DNA from: Candidatus Latescibacterota bacterium | GTDB taxonomy: Bacteria > Latescibacterota > UBA2968 | NCBI GenBank assembly: GCA_965222605.1 | Contig: OZ244960.1 | Span: 4,736,001-4,800,000 of the forward strand | Direction of reading: 5' to 3' | Length of the DNA: 64,000 bases | Shown: piece after piece, positions 10,401 through 18,559 of the stretch | Position numbering within the stretch: the stretch's first letter is position 1 | Layout: each line of letters starts with the position of its first letter | Position numbers and translations under genes: made by a program | Notes under the pieces: generated by a model | The model's database searches: none | The model's input: the letters and a program-made list of their open reading frames with translations, nothing else | Told to the model about the DNA's origin: nothing

Positions 10401-11086
10401 AGTTTGATTTCGAGGTCGCGCAATTCATCAGATAGTGTTTTATAGAGCCTGGCTTTGCGCTCTTGCCGCTGTAACGATGCGACCTGGCGTTGGATTTCTC
10501 CGAGCCAGTCTTCCATTCTCTGCAGGTCTTGTCGCACGGCAATGAGCCGATTCCACGCAGATCGTCGTCGGATTTTATACCGCGTCACACCGGCGGCTTC
10601 TTCAAAGCACCGGCGGCGTTCTTCGGCATTGTCGCTGATGATCTCATCCACCATACCCTGTTCAATAACATAAGAAGACTGCGTGCCCAGCCCGGTGTCC
10701 ATCAGCAAGTTTTGAATGTCTTTCAGGCGGCACGGAATTTTATTGAGCAGGTAGTCGCTTTCGCCGGATCGGAACAAACGGCGGGTAATGGTGACTTCGG
10801 AAAATTCGGTGGGCAAAACTTTTTTGGAATTATCGAGTGTGAGCGATACTTCGGACATACCGAGGGGTTTGCGCGAGCGCGTACCGGAAAAAATCACATC
10901 TTCCATACTGCCGCTACGCAAAGACCGGGGGCGCTGTTCGCCCAATGTCCAGCGCAGCGCATCAACCACATTGGACTTGCCACAACCATTTGGCCCCACA
11001 ATACATGTAATGCCTTTTTGGAAGGGCATGTCGAGCTTTTGAGCAAAGGACTTAAAACCCAGTGCTTGCAAACGAGTCAGGTGCAA
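7472..11086 (-). CDS. smc: Chromosome segregation protein SMC
   Basis: GFKSFA, Walker A GPNGCGKSN, coiled coils, hinge, LSGGE signature, Walker B VLDEVDAPLD; TTG start with GGAGG SD. Confidence 0.98.
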   Translation of the reverse strand: MHLTRLQALGFKSFAQKLDMPFQKGITCIVGPNGCGKSNVVDALRWTLGEQRPRSLRSGSMEDVIFSGTRSRKPLGMSEVSLTLDNSKKVLPTEFSEVTITRRLFRSGESDYLLNKIPCRLKDIQNLLMDTGLGTQSSYVIEQGMVDEIISDNAEERRRCFEEAAGVTRYKIRRRSAWNRLIAVRQDLQRMEDWLGEIQRQVASLQRQERKARLYKTLSDELRDLEIKLARFQYFDLADQSGPMREEMVFLKEDIEISETNMTTLEAQLEEMRVELTDQDRALAEVNIELSQHIERVHGKDSEILVAREEVRSIQAFLERAAHQQKSLKLRLDSAQKGQIAAEQDRREAAKKLEAAEAKLEAETAKLEAEIRDLDTQRTQVDAQKSQLMNQLRQSSDQGKGLERMQAEREGIVQRQARLTQDIERVAARRQEADEIANQSAAQIAAVEGQIAQHTEERQQQIAGRDRCIAQRDEQIESRNRLRANIEADQARIALLQKLREGFEGYSKGVRALAVDSPFSNRIQGVVADMVDVNPEYVTAIEAALGRALECLIVRNTDDARWAIDFLRQGEHGAAAFLPLERVISTNGTPCEVPKGEGIVGLASDLLNPQRDVHGAVSALLRHTLIVSDAQTALVHSGDLHAKGAEIVTLSGEVFSADGTVYGGADATSESGLIGRQQQIDDLQSAIKSAQSKLKTRETQVARTLKTLDKHLAQIEACDNALADLHNRRAGLQRDRQNAETEAKRQARAVTELDQETSQLAERESELMHLISQAEEEQTKLDAKRETLEDIVRRADEDLREKENQRRVLQDGVAAVRVEIASLKERIESLAHEAVRQGREHEAISREIERLSAEADESQDRKREREESIGTASGELEVLHKQQSHIEHKRDAQARRQHEIVMAARAIEEKLREKNRRTTQHRERLSELQVAMAHIKERGEGIIERLKRDYEVAIAEQGRFRDPEFNADMAEKKTHELQERMRRMGSVNLAALEEYEVQKERLEFLTQQRDDLLEAEEIVKRTITRIDRTARQRFLNTFGSIRENFQNTFQEFFEGGEADLTMPPEEDPLEAPIIITARPWGKRLQSINLLSGGERALTAIALLFAIYLVKPSPFCVLDEVDAPLDDANIARFVKVIKKFSEQSQFIVVTHNRGTMESGEILHGVTMEEPGVSRLVSVKMSNNSENQVNDIASFAEAVAQPADDD

Positions 11087-11383
11087 TGAAAACCTCCTAC
11101 TCGAATTCTTCTAAGAGCATAAGACGCGAAAGAACAAGGGGATATGGTAATACAAATCAGGATCCCCGTGTGTCAAAACCCGATGGGGAAAAATAGGGGA
11201 TGCACTTTTGGACCGCATTTATACACAGCAGTCTGGGGAGATTTGGGGGACTACATTTTGTGGAGGGGAAGGCTGTTATATGTCGCTATAATACTATATC
11301 TTGTGGCAGTCGTCAAGGGTAAAAAATGGGGGTGGTGCCCCCGTGCCCGCCCGTTGGAGGTGCGGAGTGGGGTTCTTTGGCGA

Positions 11384-11412
11384 TTGACATTATATTAGAG
11401 TCAGTCTAATTT
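11384..11412 (+). promoter_or_regulatory. Sigma70 promoter with palindromic operator in the spacer
   Basis: TTGACA-17-TAATTT; ATTAGA-N5-TCTAAT at 11394-11410. Confidence 0.6.
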
Positions 11413-11464
11413 AAGCAGGGCGTTTCTTACCTGTGCGACATTTTCTTAAAAACAGGAGTTTTTT

Positions 11465-12595
11465 ATGCCGAATTTACACGGTGAAAAAATTGTTCGGATT
11501 GAAAAAGTGGTTATGAAATTTAAGCGGCCCCGCTTGATCGGACGCAATGCGCGTATTGGCGTTCACGGGGATGTGGTGACGGATCCCGTGGTTCGCATTC
11601 ATACAAGTAGCGGTGCTATTGGCGTTGGGTGGTCGCGGTTGGGTCGGGAAGAAGCCGAGGTATTGGTGGGCAAAACTGTGGGGGATGTGTTCCAATTGCC
11701 GGGGGGATCAAACGAAGCTGGAACAGCGATTGATTTGCCTCTGTGGGATTTGGCGGCCAAATTATCGGACCAGCCATTGTACAAACTCCTGGGTGCTCGG
11801 GGGGCGCGTGCGGTCGAGTTGTACGATGGCTCGGTTTATATAGACGATCTGGATGCTTCGGACGAAGAGGCCGTGGAGATATTTCGGGAAGAAGTCAAGA
11901 CCGGACACGATTACGGGTATAAAAATTTTAAAATTAAAATTGGTCGCGGCGCGCGATGGATGCCCGTTACAGAAGGTACAGATCGAGATGTTCTGGTTAT
12001 TCACACTGTTCGGGAAGCCGCTGGTGAAGATGCAAAAATACTCGTTGATGCAAATAATGGTACGACGCTCAATATTGCCAAGGACATTCTTGAGCGTTGT
12101 GAAGATGTGGGGATTTACTGGTTTGAAGAACCGTTTCCCGAAGATGGAGCTTTTAACGAAGATTTCAAGCAATTTATCATCGAAAAAGGATACGGTACCC
12201 TCGTAGCAGATGGGGAATCAGGTCCTCCGCCTCCCAGTTATTTTGATATGGTCAAAAGGGGATGGATCGATGTGGTACAACACGATTTTCGCGCCAAGGG
12301 GCTTACGTGGTGGCGCGAGACTGCCGCGATGATTGAACCGTGGGGCGGCCAATGTGCTCCTCATTGCTGGGGTAGCTTGATCGAGCGCTATGCCCATGCG
12401 CATTTTGCCGCTTCAGTCCCCCATTTCTCGCTTCAAGAAGCCGCTCCCGCAGATATGCCGGGCATTGTGCTGGATGGCTGGCAGATGCAGGATGGATGTT
12501 TGATTGTGCCAGATACGCCGGGCACGGGATTTGACCTCGAGGCAGATGTGATTGAAGAGGGCGTGAAACGAGAAGATGGGTTCAGGGTTGGATAA
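11465..12595 (+). CDS. Mandelate racemase/muconate lactonizing enzyme family (enolase superfamily)
   Basis: KIKIG (KxK), VDANN, WFEEP, DGE metal ligands. Confidence 0.9.
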   Translation: MPNLHGEKIVRIEKVVMKFKRPRLIGRNARIGVHGDVVTDPVVRIHTSSGAIGVGWSRLGREEAEVLVGKTVGDVFQLPGGSNEAGTAIDLPLWDLAAKLSDQPLYKLLGARGARAVELYDGSVYIDDLDASDEEAVEIFREEVKTGHDYGYKNFKIKIGRGARWMPVTEGTDRDVLVIHTVREAAGEDAKILVDANNGTTLNIAKDILERCEDVGIYWFEEPFPEDGAFNEDFKQFIIEKGYGTLVADGESGPPPPSYFDMVKRGWIDVVQHDFRAKGLTWWRETAAMIEPWGGQCAPHCWGSLIERYAHAHFAASVPHFSLQEAAPADMPGIVLDGWQMQDGCLIVPDTPGTGFDLEADVIEEGVKREDGFRVG

Positions 12596-12601
12596 TGAGC
12601 T

Positions 12602-14413
12602 ATGAACAAAGAATCGGGAACACTTGAAGAATTGCTGAACACACGCGTGGTTCTTGAACTGAAGAAGCTCGCGCGTTTGTTAACCGGCGTGAAACTGCCC
12701 ACGCGCAAGGCGGATATTATTGCTATTATTGTGCATGAGATGACCGAATACACACGCGATTATTGGGATATGCTGGATGATCTGCAACAAAAAGCCGTGG
12801 CAGAAGCACTTTACGCGCCGTGGTTTGACGAAGAAGGATTTTGCGCCAAATATGGCGCAGAGCCAGATTGGGGAGATACGCCCCGTTGGTCCCAATATAT
12901 TCATGAGCCATCGCTGCTCAACCTGTTTATTCTAAGTGGCAGCCGCTATGGTTATTACGGCGGTCAAAAGGTGGTGCCCGATGATTTGAAAGTTATATTA
13001 AAAAAATTTGTGCCCAGGTCGCCGCCTGCAAAATTGTGCGTTGAAACAGAACGCCCGGAACATGTAGAAATTCCCCAGTATAATTTTTTGACGAGTAAAG
13101 AAAAAATAAAACAAATTCCGCTTTATCACGCCGATACCGAGCAAACAGCACAGGAAGATCTGGTGTCGGTATTGCGGTTGGTTGATGCGGGAAAAGTGCG
13201 GGTGAGTGAGCGCACCGGACGGCCATCAGCAGCCACTGTTCGCATCATTGGCGAGGCCCTTTGGGGTGGTGATTTTTATCCAGACCGCGAAAAGCGCGAC
13301 AAATGGGAAGAATTGCCGGGACCGATTAAAGCTCATGCGTGGCCGATGCTAATTCACGCGGCAAAGTTGGTGCGTTTGAAAAGCGGCAAGTTGCACTTGA
13401 CGCCTGCGGGGCGAAAGGCATTGGCCGCGCCACCTCACGAAATAATTAAGACGCTGTGGCAGGTGTGGCTCAAAAATGCAAAGACAGATGAGTTGCAACG
13501 GGTAAGTGCCATTCGCGGGCAGACCACTGTGGATGGGAAATCGGGCCTGACATCTCCGGTAAAGCGACGCGATGTGATTGTCAAAGCACTCAGAGCATGC
13601 CCTGTCGAAAAGTGGTTCGGTTTTGATGCCTTTTGCAATTTTATGCGTGCGGCGAGCTATTTGCTAATTGTGTCAGATGAGCCGTGGGAACTTTATATTC
13701 AAGATGAGTATGGGCATTTGACCGATGGCTGGGGGTTGTTGGCTTCTCAATATACACAGGTCTTGCTTTTTGAATATGCCGCGACATTGGGGCTTATAGA
13801 TGTGGCCTATATCGATCCGGTGGATGCGCCCTTAGATGTAGATTCCGCGCCAGATATTGATTTTTTAAGTCGCTATGATGGGTTGATGTATTTGCGTATC
13901 AATGCGTTGGGGGCTTTTGGTTTGGGGCGGAAGCGGTCTTATAAGCCTTCGAAAGTGGAGATTGAACATGTGCTCAAAGTGTTGCCCAATTTCGATGTGG
14001 TCGCATTCAAGCCCTTGCCTTTGGGCGATCAACTTGCACTGGAACAATTCGCCGACAAGACTGCTGACAGCGTGTGGACCATTCGGCCCGAACGGATGCT
14101 CAAAGGTCTGGAGAGTGGGCAATCACTCGACCACATGCAGTCATTTCTGAAGCACAAAAGCGGTGAGGATTTGCCTCAGCCTGTGGCTGTGCTATTTGAC
14201 GATATGGCCGATAAAGTATCGCGTTTGAGTGCGAAAGGCACGGCGCATTTGGTTGAGGTGACAGATGCTGAGACCGCACAGTTTCTCGCACATGACCGAG
14301 GCGTGAGCAAACACTGCTATCTGGCCGGTGACCGCCAACTTGTCGTGCCGGAAAAATCTCTGACAGCATTTCGCAATGCACTGAGGAAAATTGGATATAT
14401 ATTGCCGAAGTGA
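12602..14413 (+). CDS. Hypothetical protein with probable C-terminal helicase-associated (XPB N-terminal-like) domain
   Basis: 603-aa ORF; C-terminal LKVLPNFDVV...LEQFAD...LESG...FL...LPQPV pattern; no Walker motifs. Confidence 0.65.
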   Translation: MNKESGTLEELLNTRVVLELKKLARLLTGVKLPTRKADIIAIIVHEMTEYTRDYWDMLDDLQQKAVAEALYAPWFDEEGFCAKYGAEPDWGDTPRWSQYIHEPSLLNLFILSGSRYGYYGGQKVVPDDLKVILKKFVPRSPPAKLCVETERPEHVEIPQYNFLTSKEKIKQIPLYHADTEQTAQEDLVSVLRLVDAGKVRVSERTGRPSAATVRIIGEALWGGDFYPDREKRDKWEELPGPIKAHAWPMLIHAAKLVRLKSGKLHLTPAGRKALAAPPHEIIKTLWQVWLKNAKTDELQRVSAIRGQTTVDGKSGLTSPVKRRDVIVKALRACPVEKWFGFDAFCNFMRAASYLLIVSDEPWELYIQDEYGHLTDGWGLLASQYTQVLLFEYAATLGLIDVAYIDPVDAPLDVDSAPDIDFLSRYDGLMYLRINALGAFGLGRKRSYKPSKVEIEHVLKVLPNFDVVAFKPLPLGDQLALEQFADKTADSVWTIRPERMLKGLESGQSLDHMQSFLKHKSGEDLPQPVAVLFDDMADKVSRLSAKGTAHLVEVTDAETAQFLAHDRGVSKHCYLAGDRQLVVPEKSLTAFRNALRKIGYILPK

Positions 14414-14459
14414 AGATATACAAGCGGCAGACTGGTGTGACCGCTGGAGTGATTGAGAT

Positions 14460-14780
14460 ATGAATGTAAAAATAAAATCTGTTCTCGATATATTGCGTCA
14501 TCAATTTGAAATACTTTATGGTGATCGACTGGCGCACATGGTTTTATTTGGTTCGCGTGCCCGCGGCGATGCAGAATCCGATTCAGATATTGATGTGCTT
14601 GTTGTATTCCATGGACCTGTAAATGCTGGTGAGGAAATCAAGCGAACCGGTGGGATTGTGTCCGATCTTTGTTTAGAATATGAAGTAGTGATCAGTTGTG
14701 TGTTCATGGATCGCTATCGCTATAAAAACAAACAAGGACCACTACTTCGAAATATCCGCAAAGAAGGCGTTGCGTTATGA
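14460..14780 (+). CDS. Minimal nucleotidyltransferase (MNT antitoxin type), orphan
   Basis: LFGSRARGD...SDIDVLVV; 106 aa. Confidence 0.9.
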   Translation: MNVKIKSVLDILRHQFEILYGDRLAHMVLFGSRARGDAESDSDIDVLVVFHGPVNAGEEIKRTGGIVSDLCLEYEVVISCVFMDRYRYKNKQGPLLRNIRKEGVAL

Positions 14781-14793
14781 AGGAGGTATAGAC

Positions 14794-15825
14794 ATGACAT
14801 TTCCAGGATCAGAATGGGAGATGAGACCGCCCGGCGATCTCGGGTTTGACGGGGAGAAACTCGCACGGGTGCAGAGGTGGCTGCTCGAGGTGGCGGGTGA
14901 CAGGCCCTTTCAGGTGGGGATTGCGCGTTACGGGTATCTCGCAGCAGAGTGGCGGCAAGGTGTCGCGGCGGATTCGATGCACTCGCAGGCGTCTGCAGCA
15001 AAGTCGTATTATTCGACGCTTCTGGGCATTGTGGTAGCGGAAGGCAAGTTGTCTTCGCCAGATGAAAGAGTTGTTGATTACTTCCCTGAGATGATGGATG
15101 TGGGGGAGCAGGAGGGTCCAAAGCCCGGGCGGTATGCGTTTGAAAAAGATCGCGATGTTACCTTTCGACATTTGATATGCAATGTGTCGGGCTATATGAA
15201 GCCGGGGGAGAAACCGGGCGAGGTTTTTCACTATCAGACTTATGGGATGAATATTCTCACCCACGCAATGGCTAAAATTTACGGGTGTTACGATGCAAAT
15301 GATCCCGAGGGTTCACCGGGATGTGGGAAGGTGATAGGAGAAAAGTTGCGCGATCCAATTCGCGGGACCTGGACGCATTCGCATTCCAATTTTGATCTGT
15401 GGCCCAGTGCGAGATTAAATATCTTCGGGTATTACACGCAGGTGCATACCACATTGCGAGATCAATTGCGGGTGGGACATTTGTGGGGCAATTACGGCAA
15501 TTGGAATGGGGTTCAGGTTGCGCCGGAAAATTACTTGCGCGAGGCAACGGTGACGAATGATTTTATTCTGGAAAACGAACCCGAAGAGAACTGGAAATAC
15601 GGGCACGGGTTCTGGTGCAATGACCGCGGGATGCAGTGGAAAGATGCACCGAGAGACTCTTTTGCCGCATCGGGCGCAGGTGCGAAGCATATTTGGATGT
15701 GCCCGCGATTGGGGCTGGTCATCGCGCAAAATCCAGGGCTGTGGGATCAGTTCAGGGAAGAGCAAGATAAGATCGGGAGCCAGAATGAGGTGATTGCGCG
15801 AATTGTGAATGCGGTGAAAGAATAG
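14794..15825 (+). CDS. Serine hydrolase, beta-lactamase-related family
   Basis: SxxK (SAAK), PGEVFHYQT, YGHGFW; AGGAGG SD before ATG 14794. Confidence 0.85.
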   Translation: MTFPGSEWEMRPPGDLGFDGEKLARVQRWLLEVAGDRPFQVGIARYGYLAAEWRQGVAADSMHSQASAAKSYYSTLLGIVVAEGKLSSPDERVVDYFPEMMDVGEQEGPKPGRYAFEKDRDVTFRHLICNVSGYMKPGEKPGEVFHYQTYGMNILTHAMAKIYGCYDANDPEGSPGCGKVIGEKLRDPIRGTWTHSHSNFDLWPSARLNIFGYYTQVHTTLRDQLRVGHLWGNYGNWNGVQVAPENYLREATVTNDFILENEPEENWKYGHGFWCNDRGMQWKDAPRDSFAASGAGAKHIWMCPRLGLVIAQNPGLWDQFREEQDKIGSQNEVIARIVNAVKE

Positions 15826-15838
15826 AGAGGAGCCAAAG

Positions 15839-17161
15839 ATGGATGCAAAAACCAAAAAATTACAGGTCGATCAGGCTGTGAAATCTCAATCGCGGCGGGC
15901 GTTTAATCTGTCGCGGAGTATTCACGGCTGGGCTGAGCGACCGTTTCAGGAATACGAGTCGTCGAAGGCATTGGCGGCGTATTTGGAGGAAAACGGATTT
16001 CAAATTGAATTTCCGTTCAAAAATATCCCGACGGCTTTTCGCGCTATATGGGGCACGGGCAAACCCACTATTGGCATGTTGGGCGAGTACGATGCATTGC
16101 CCAATTGCGGTGCCGAGGAGGGTACCTGGGGCCACGGCTGAGGTCACAATCTTTTGGGCGTTGCCCCGGCCGCAGGTGCGGTTGCTGCAAAAACAGTGTT
16201 GGAAAATTTGAATTCGCCCGGCCAGATCATTTATTATGGCTGTCCGGCTGAAGAAACCCTGGCGGGCAAGGTGTATATGGCCCGCGATGGCGCGTTTCGA
16301 GATTTGGATGCGGTGCTGGCATGGCATCCGGGATCGAGTACGGGCGTCAACAATTATGGCGGCTCGTCACTGGATTCGCTGGTCTATGAGTTTTTTGGCA
16401 AGACGTCTCACGGCGCGAGTGCTCACAATGGGCGCAGTGCATTGGATGGGGTGATGTTGATGGATGTTGCGGCGAATTATTTGCGCGAGCACGTTCCCGA
16501 AAATGTGCGTATCCACTGCGTGATTCGAGAGGGTGGGGACGCGCCCAATGTGGTTCCTGCCTATGCGAAGGTGTGGTACTATGTGCGGGGGAAGGATCGC
16601 GCACAGGTCAATGAGATACGCAAGCGATTGACCAAATGCGCTAAGGGTGCGGCGATAGCCACGGAGACGACTATGAAATGGCATCGGATTACGGCAGTGT
16701 ACCCGCGCTTACCAAATGATGTCATGTGCAAAGCCGTGAGCCAAAATCTCAAATTATTCGGCCCGCCGCGCGCGTCGAAAAAAGATAAGGAACGGGTGCA
16801 GGCACTGGGATACAAAGGTGAATTTGACGGAAAGATCAAAAAGGGCAAGGGGTCACAGGGGCGCGGGTCTTCGGATGAAGACAATGTGTCGTGGCTGGCA
16901 CCGATGGGTCGGTTTCAGATGGTGTGTTATACTAAAGACACGCCGGGCCATCACCGCGATATGACCGCACAGGCGGTAATGCCTTATGCCGAGCGCGCGG
17001 TTTTGCAAACGGCCAAGGTGTTTGCCGGGTCGGCTATTGATCTGATTTTGGATAAAAAGTTGTTACAAGCAGCGCGTGCGGAATTTAAGAAGGGGACGAA
17101 GGGGTTTAATTACGATCCGCTGATTAAAAAAAATCAGAAGGTCCCCGTTGACCCTCCGTAG
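15839..17161 (+). CDS. M20D/AbgB-like amidohydrolase, 440 aa, with in-frame TGA (codon 101) predicted as selenocysteine
   Basis: ORFs 15839-16141 and 16154-17161 are in one frame. Read-through gives GEYDALP...GHG-U-GHNLLG, then PAEE, AWHP, GRSALD, GGDAPNVVP, GSSD. Confidence 0.85.
16161..16190 (+). promoter_or_regulatory. Candidate bacterial SECIS hairpin
   Basis: TTGC-CC-CGGCCGC-AGGT-GCGGTTG-CT-GCAA; apical loop begins 32 nt after the TGA. Confidence 0.65.
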
Positions 17162-17174
17162 AAGGAGAAAAGAT

Positions 17175-18167
17175 ATGAAAGCAGAAAGATTAATATGTAC
17201 AGATATCCGGCGGATTGAATTGGAGAGCTTTGATTTGCCGCGCGTGCCAAACCACGGTGTTTTGGTGCAAAACGATTATACCGCTGTGAGCGTTGGCACG
17301 GAAATTTACAATTATGCACACGGGGGTGAACCGTCGCGTGCGAGAACATTTCCGCAGCCAACGGGATATTGCAACACGGGTGTGGTGCTCGAGGTGGGCA
17401 AAGATGTGAAGGGGATCAAACCCGGTGATCGCATTGCCGCGCAGGGCAATCACGCCAGTCATGCGGTCATAAGCGGGAATTTTTTCAAAGCTCCTGAAGG
17501 CGTTTCGCCCAGGTCCGCTGCTTTTATGGTTATGTGTGCTATTGCCATGCACGGGCACCGGGTTGGTCGTCCAGAATTGGGCGAGGCTGTGGCAATTACT
17601 GGTATGGGTATTGTGGGGCAATTGGCAGCGACCTTTGCGCGGCTGGCTGGCGCGCTCCCGGTTATTGCGATTGATCTGGATGATTTCCGGTTGGGTAAAG
17701 CCGGGGACCGGGGGGCAGATGTTTGTATTAATCCCAATGCTGAAGGGGATGTCGCCGAAGCATTGCGCCAGCATTGCGTGGGAGATGGTGCCGATCTGGT
17801 CGTTGAAGCAACGGGCATTTCCTCAGTTTATCCCATGGCGTTGACCTTGCCGCGGTTGGGTGGCCGTCTGGTCGCGCTGGGATCTCCACGGGGTACTGTG
17901 GAAGTGAGTTTTTTGCCCGAGATTCACTTGCGCGAGATCACGATTCTGGGCGCGCACCAGCCCAAAACGCCGGATAATGACCATATTTATTATCCCTGGA
18001 GCAAGCGCAGAGATCGCGAGTTGGTTTTGCGTTTGATGGCTGCGGGCAAATTGCCCATTGAAGATTTAATTACCCATGTCGCCAATCCCGCCGATTGCCA
18101 GGCCACCTACGACATGCTCGCCGATAATCCGAGAGAAGTGTTGGGGGTGGTATTTGAATGGGCGTGA
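17175..18167 (+). CDS. MDR-family (alcohol dehydrogenase-like) oxidoreductase
   Basis: SVGTE in place of the catalytic Zn Cys, GYCNTG, GMGIVG Rossmann motif, VVEATG; AGGAG SD. Confidence 0.88.
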   Translation: MKAERLICTDIRRIELESFDLPRVPNHGVLVQNDYTAVSVGTEIYNYAHGGEPSRARTFPQPTGYCNTGVVLEVGKDVKGIKPGDRIAAQGNHASHAVISGNFFKAPEGVSPRSAAFMVMCAIAMHGHRVGRPELGEAVAITGMGIVGQLAATFARLAGALPVIAIDLDDFRLGKAGDRGADVCINPNAEGDVAEALRQHCVGDGADLVVEATGISSVYPMALTLPRLGGRLVALGSPRGTVEVSFLPEIHLREITILGAHQPKTPDNDHIYYPWSKRRDRELVLRLMAAGKLPIEDLITHVANPADCQATYDMLADNPREVLGVVFEWA

Positions 18168-18185
18168 ACCCGCCTGCTAAAATTA

Positions 18186-18228
18186 AAATCCCCATCAGAT
18201 ATGATTCTGATGGGGATTTCTACTTATG
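18186..18228. repeat. 43-bp palindromic element, copy 1 (probable terminator)
   Basis: AAATCCCCATCAGA-TATGAT-TCTGATGGGGATTT followed by CTACTTATG. Confidence 0.85.
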
Positions 18229-18264
18229 TGCATAGACAAGCAGGTTGGTGTCAATGGCAAACAT
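18220..18264 (-). pseudogene. N-terminal remnant of a PIN-domain (VapC-like) toxin
   Basis: MFAIDTNLLVYAHK*; DTN..VYA is the PIN beta1 motif; starts 2 nt after the upstream small gene stops. Confidence 0.7.
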
Positions 18265-18266
18265 AA

Positions 18267-18470
18267 TCAGTTTATTCGTTCGTTATACAGTTGATCGCGA
18301 TCTGCATGAACCTCTGCACCCAGGCTGAATTTACGCACGGTGAACATTTTTTTTGGTGCAGGCGAGGTTGTCTCTATGTCCTTCTTCAGAGACTGGAGAA
18401 GGAGCTCAATCAAATGGAGACGCTCTTCGACTGATGCCTCTTGAATTTCCCGAAGCGTTAGGCGTAGCAT
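18267..18470 (-). CDS. Small putative antitoxin (VapB-like by position)
   Basis: 67 aa; helical N-terminus, C-terminal ..DRDQLYNER; directly precedes the PIN remnant. Confidence 0.6.
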   Translation of the reverse strand: MLRLTLREIQEASVEERLHLIELLLQSLKKDIETTSPAPKKMFTVRKFSLGAEVHADRDQLYNERIN

Positions 18471-18497
18471 TTGGATGGATTTAACCCCTGAAAAAAT

Positions 18498-18540
18498 AAA
18501 TCCTCGTCAGATGTGATTATGACGGGGATTGTTACTTATG
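18498..18540. repeat. 43-bp palindromic element, copy 2
   Basis: 36/43 identical to 18186-18228, with a compensatory A-T to G-C stem change. Confidence 0.85.
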
Positions 18541-18559
18541 CCACAAAATGTCAATCTCA

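Noticed and set aside
7472-11086. SMC as a Wadjet/Lamassu-type defence ATPase
   Set aside because: Canonical full-length SMC with hinge, and no jet or effector neighbours.
11328-11351. REP-like GC-rich motif GGGGGTGGTGCCCCCGTGCCCGCC
   Set aside because: Single copy in the window; cannot be supported without a genome-wide search.
16139-16141. Genome-wide TGA reassignment (code 4 or 25) as the explanation for the in-frame TGA
   Set aside because: Trp is TGG throughout, and several genes (smc, the CurA-like gene, higB, higA) end at TGA at their expected C-termini. The column is Cys in homologues, not Trp or Gly.
16154-17161. Separate 335-aa gene starting at TTG
   Set aside because: It has no SD and would start after the metal-binding motif. 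It is the in-frame continuation of the ORF at 15839.
18186-18540. CRISPR array or integron attC array
   Set aside because: Only two copies, a 269-bp gene-containing spacer, no cas or intI genes, and no attC core consensus.
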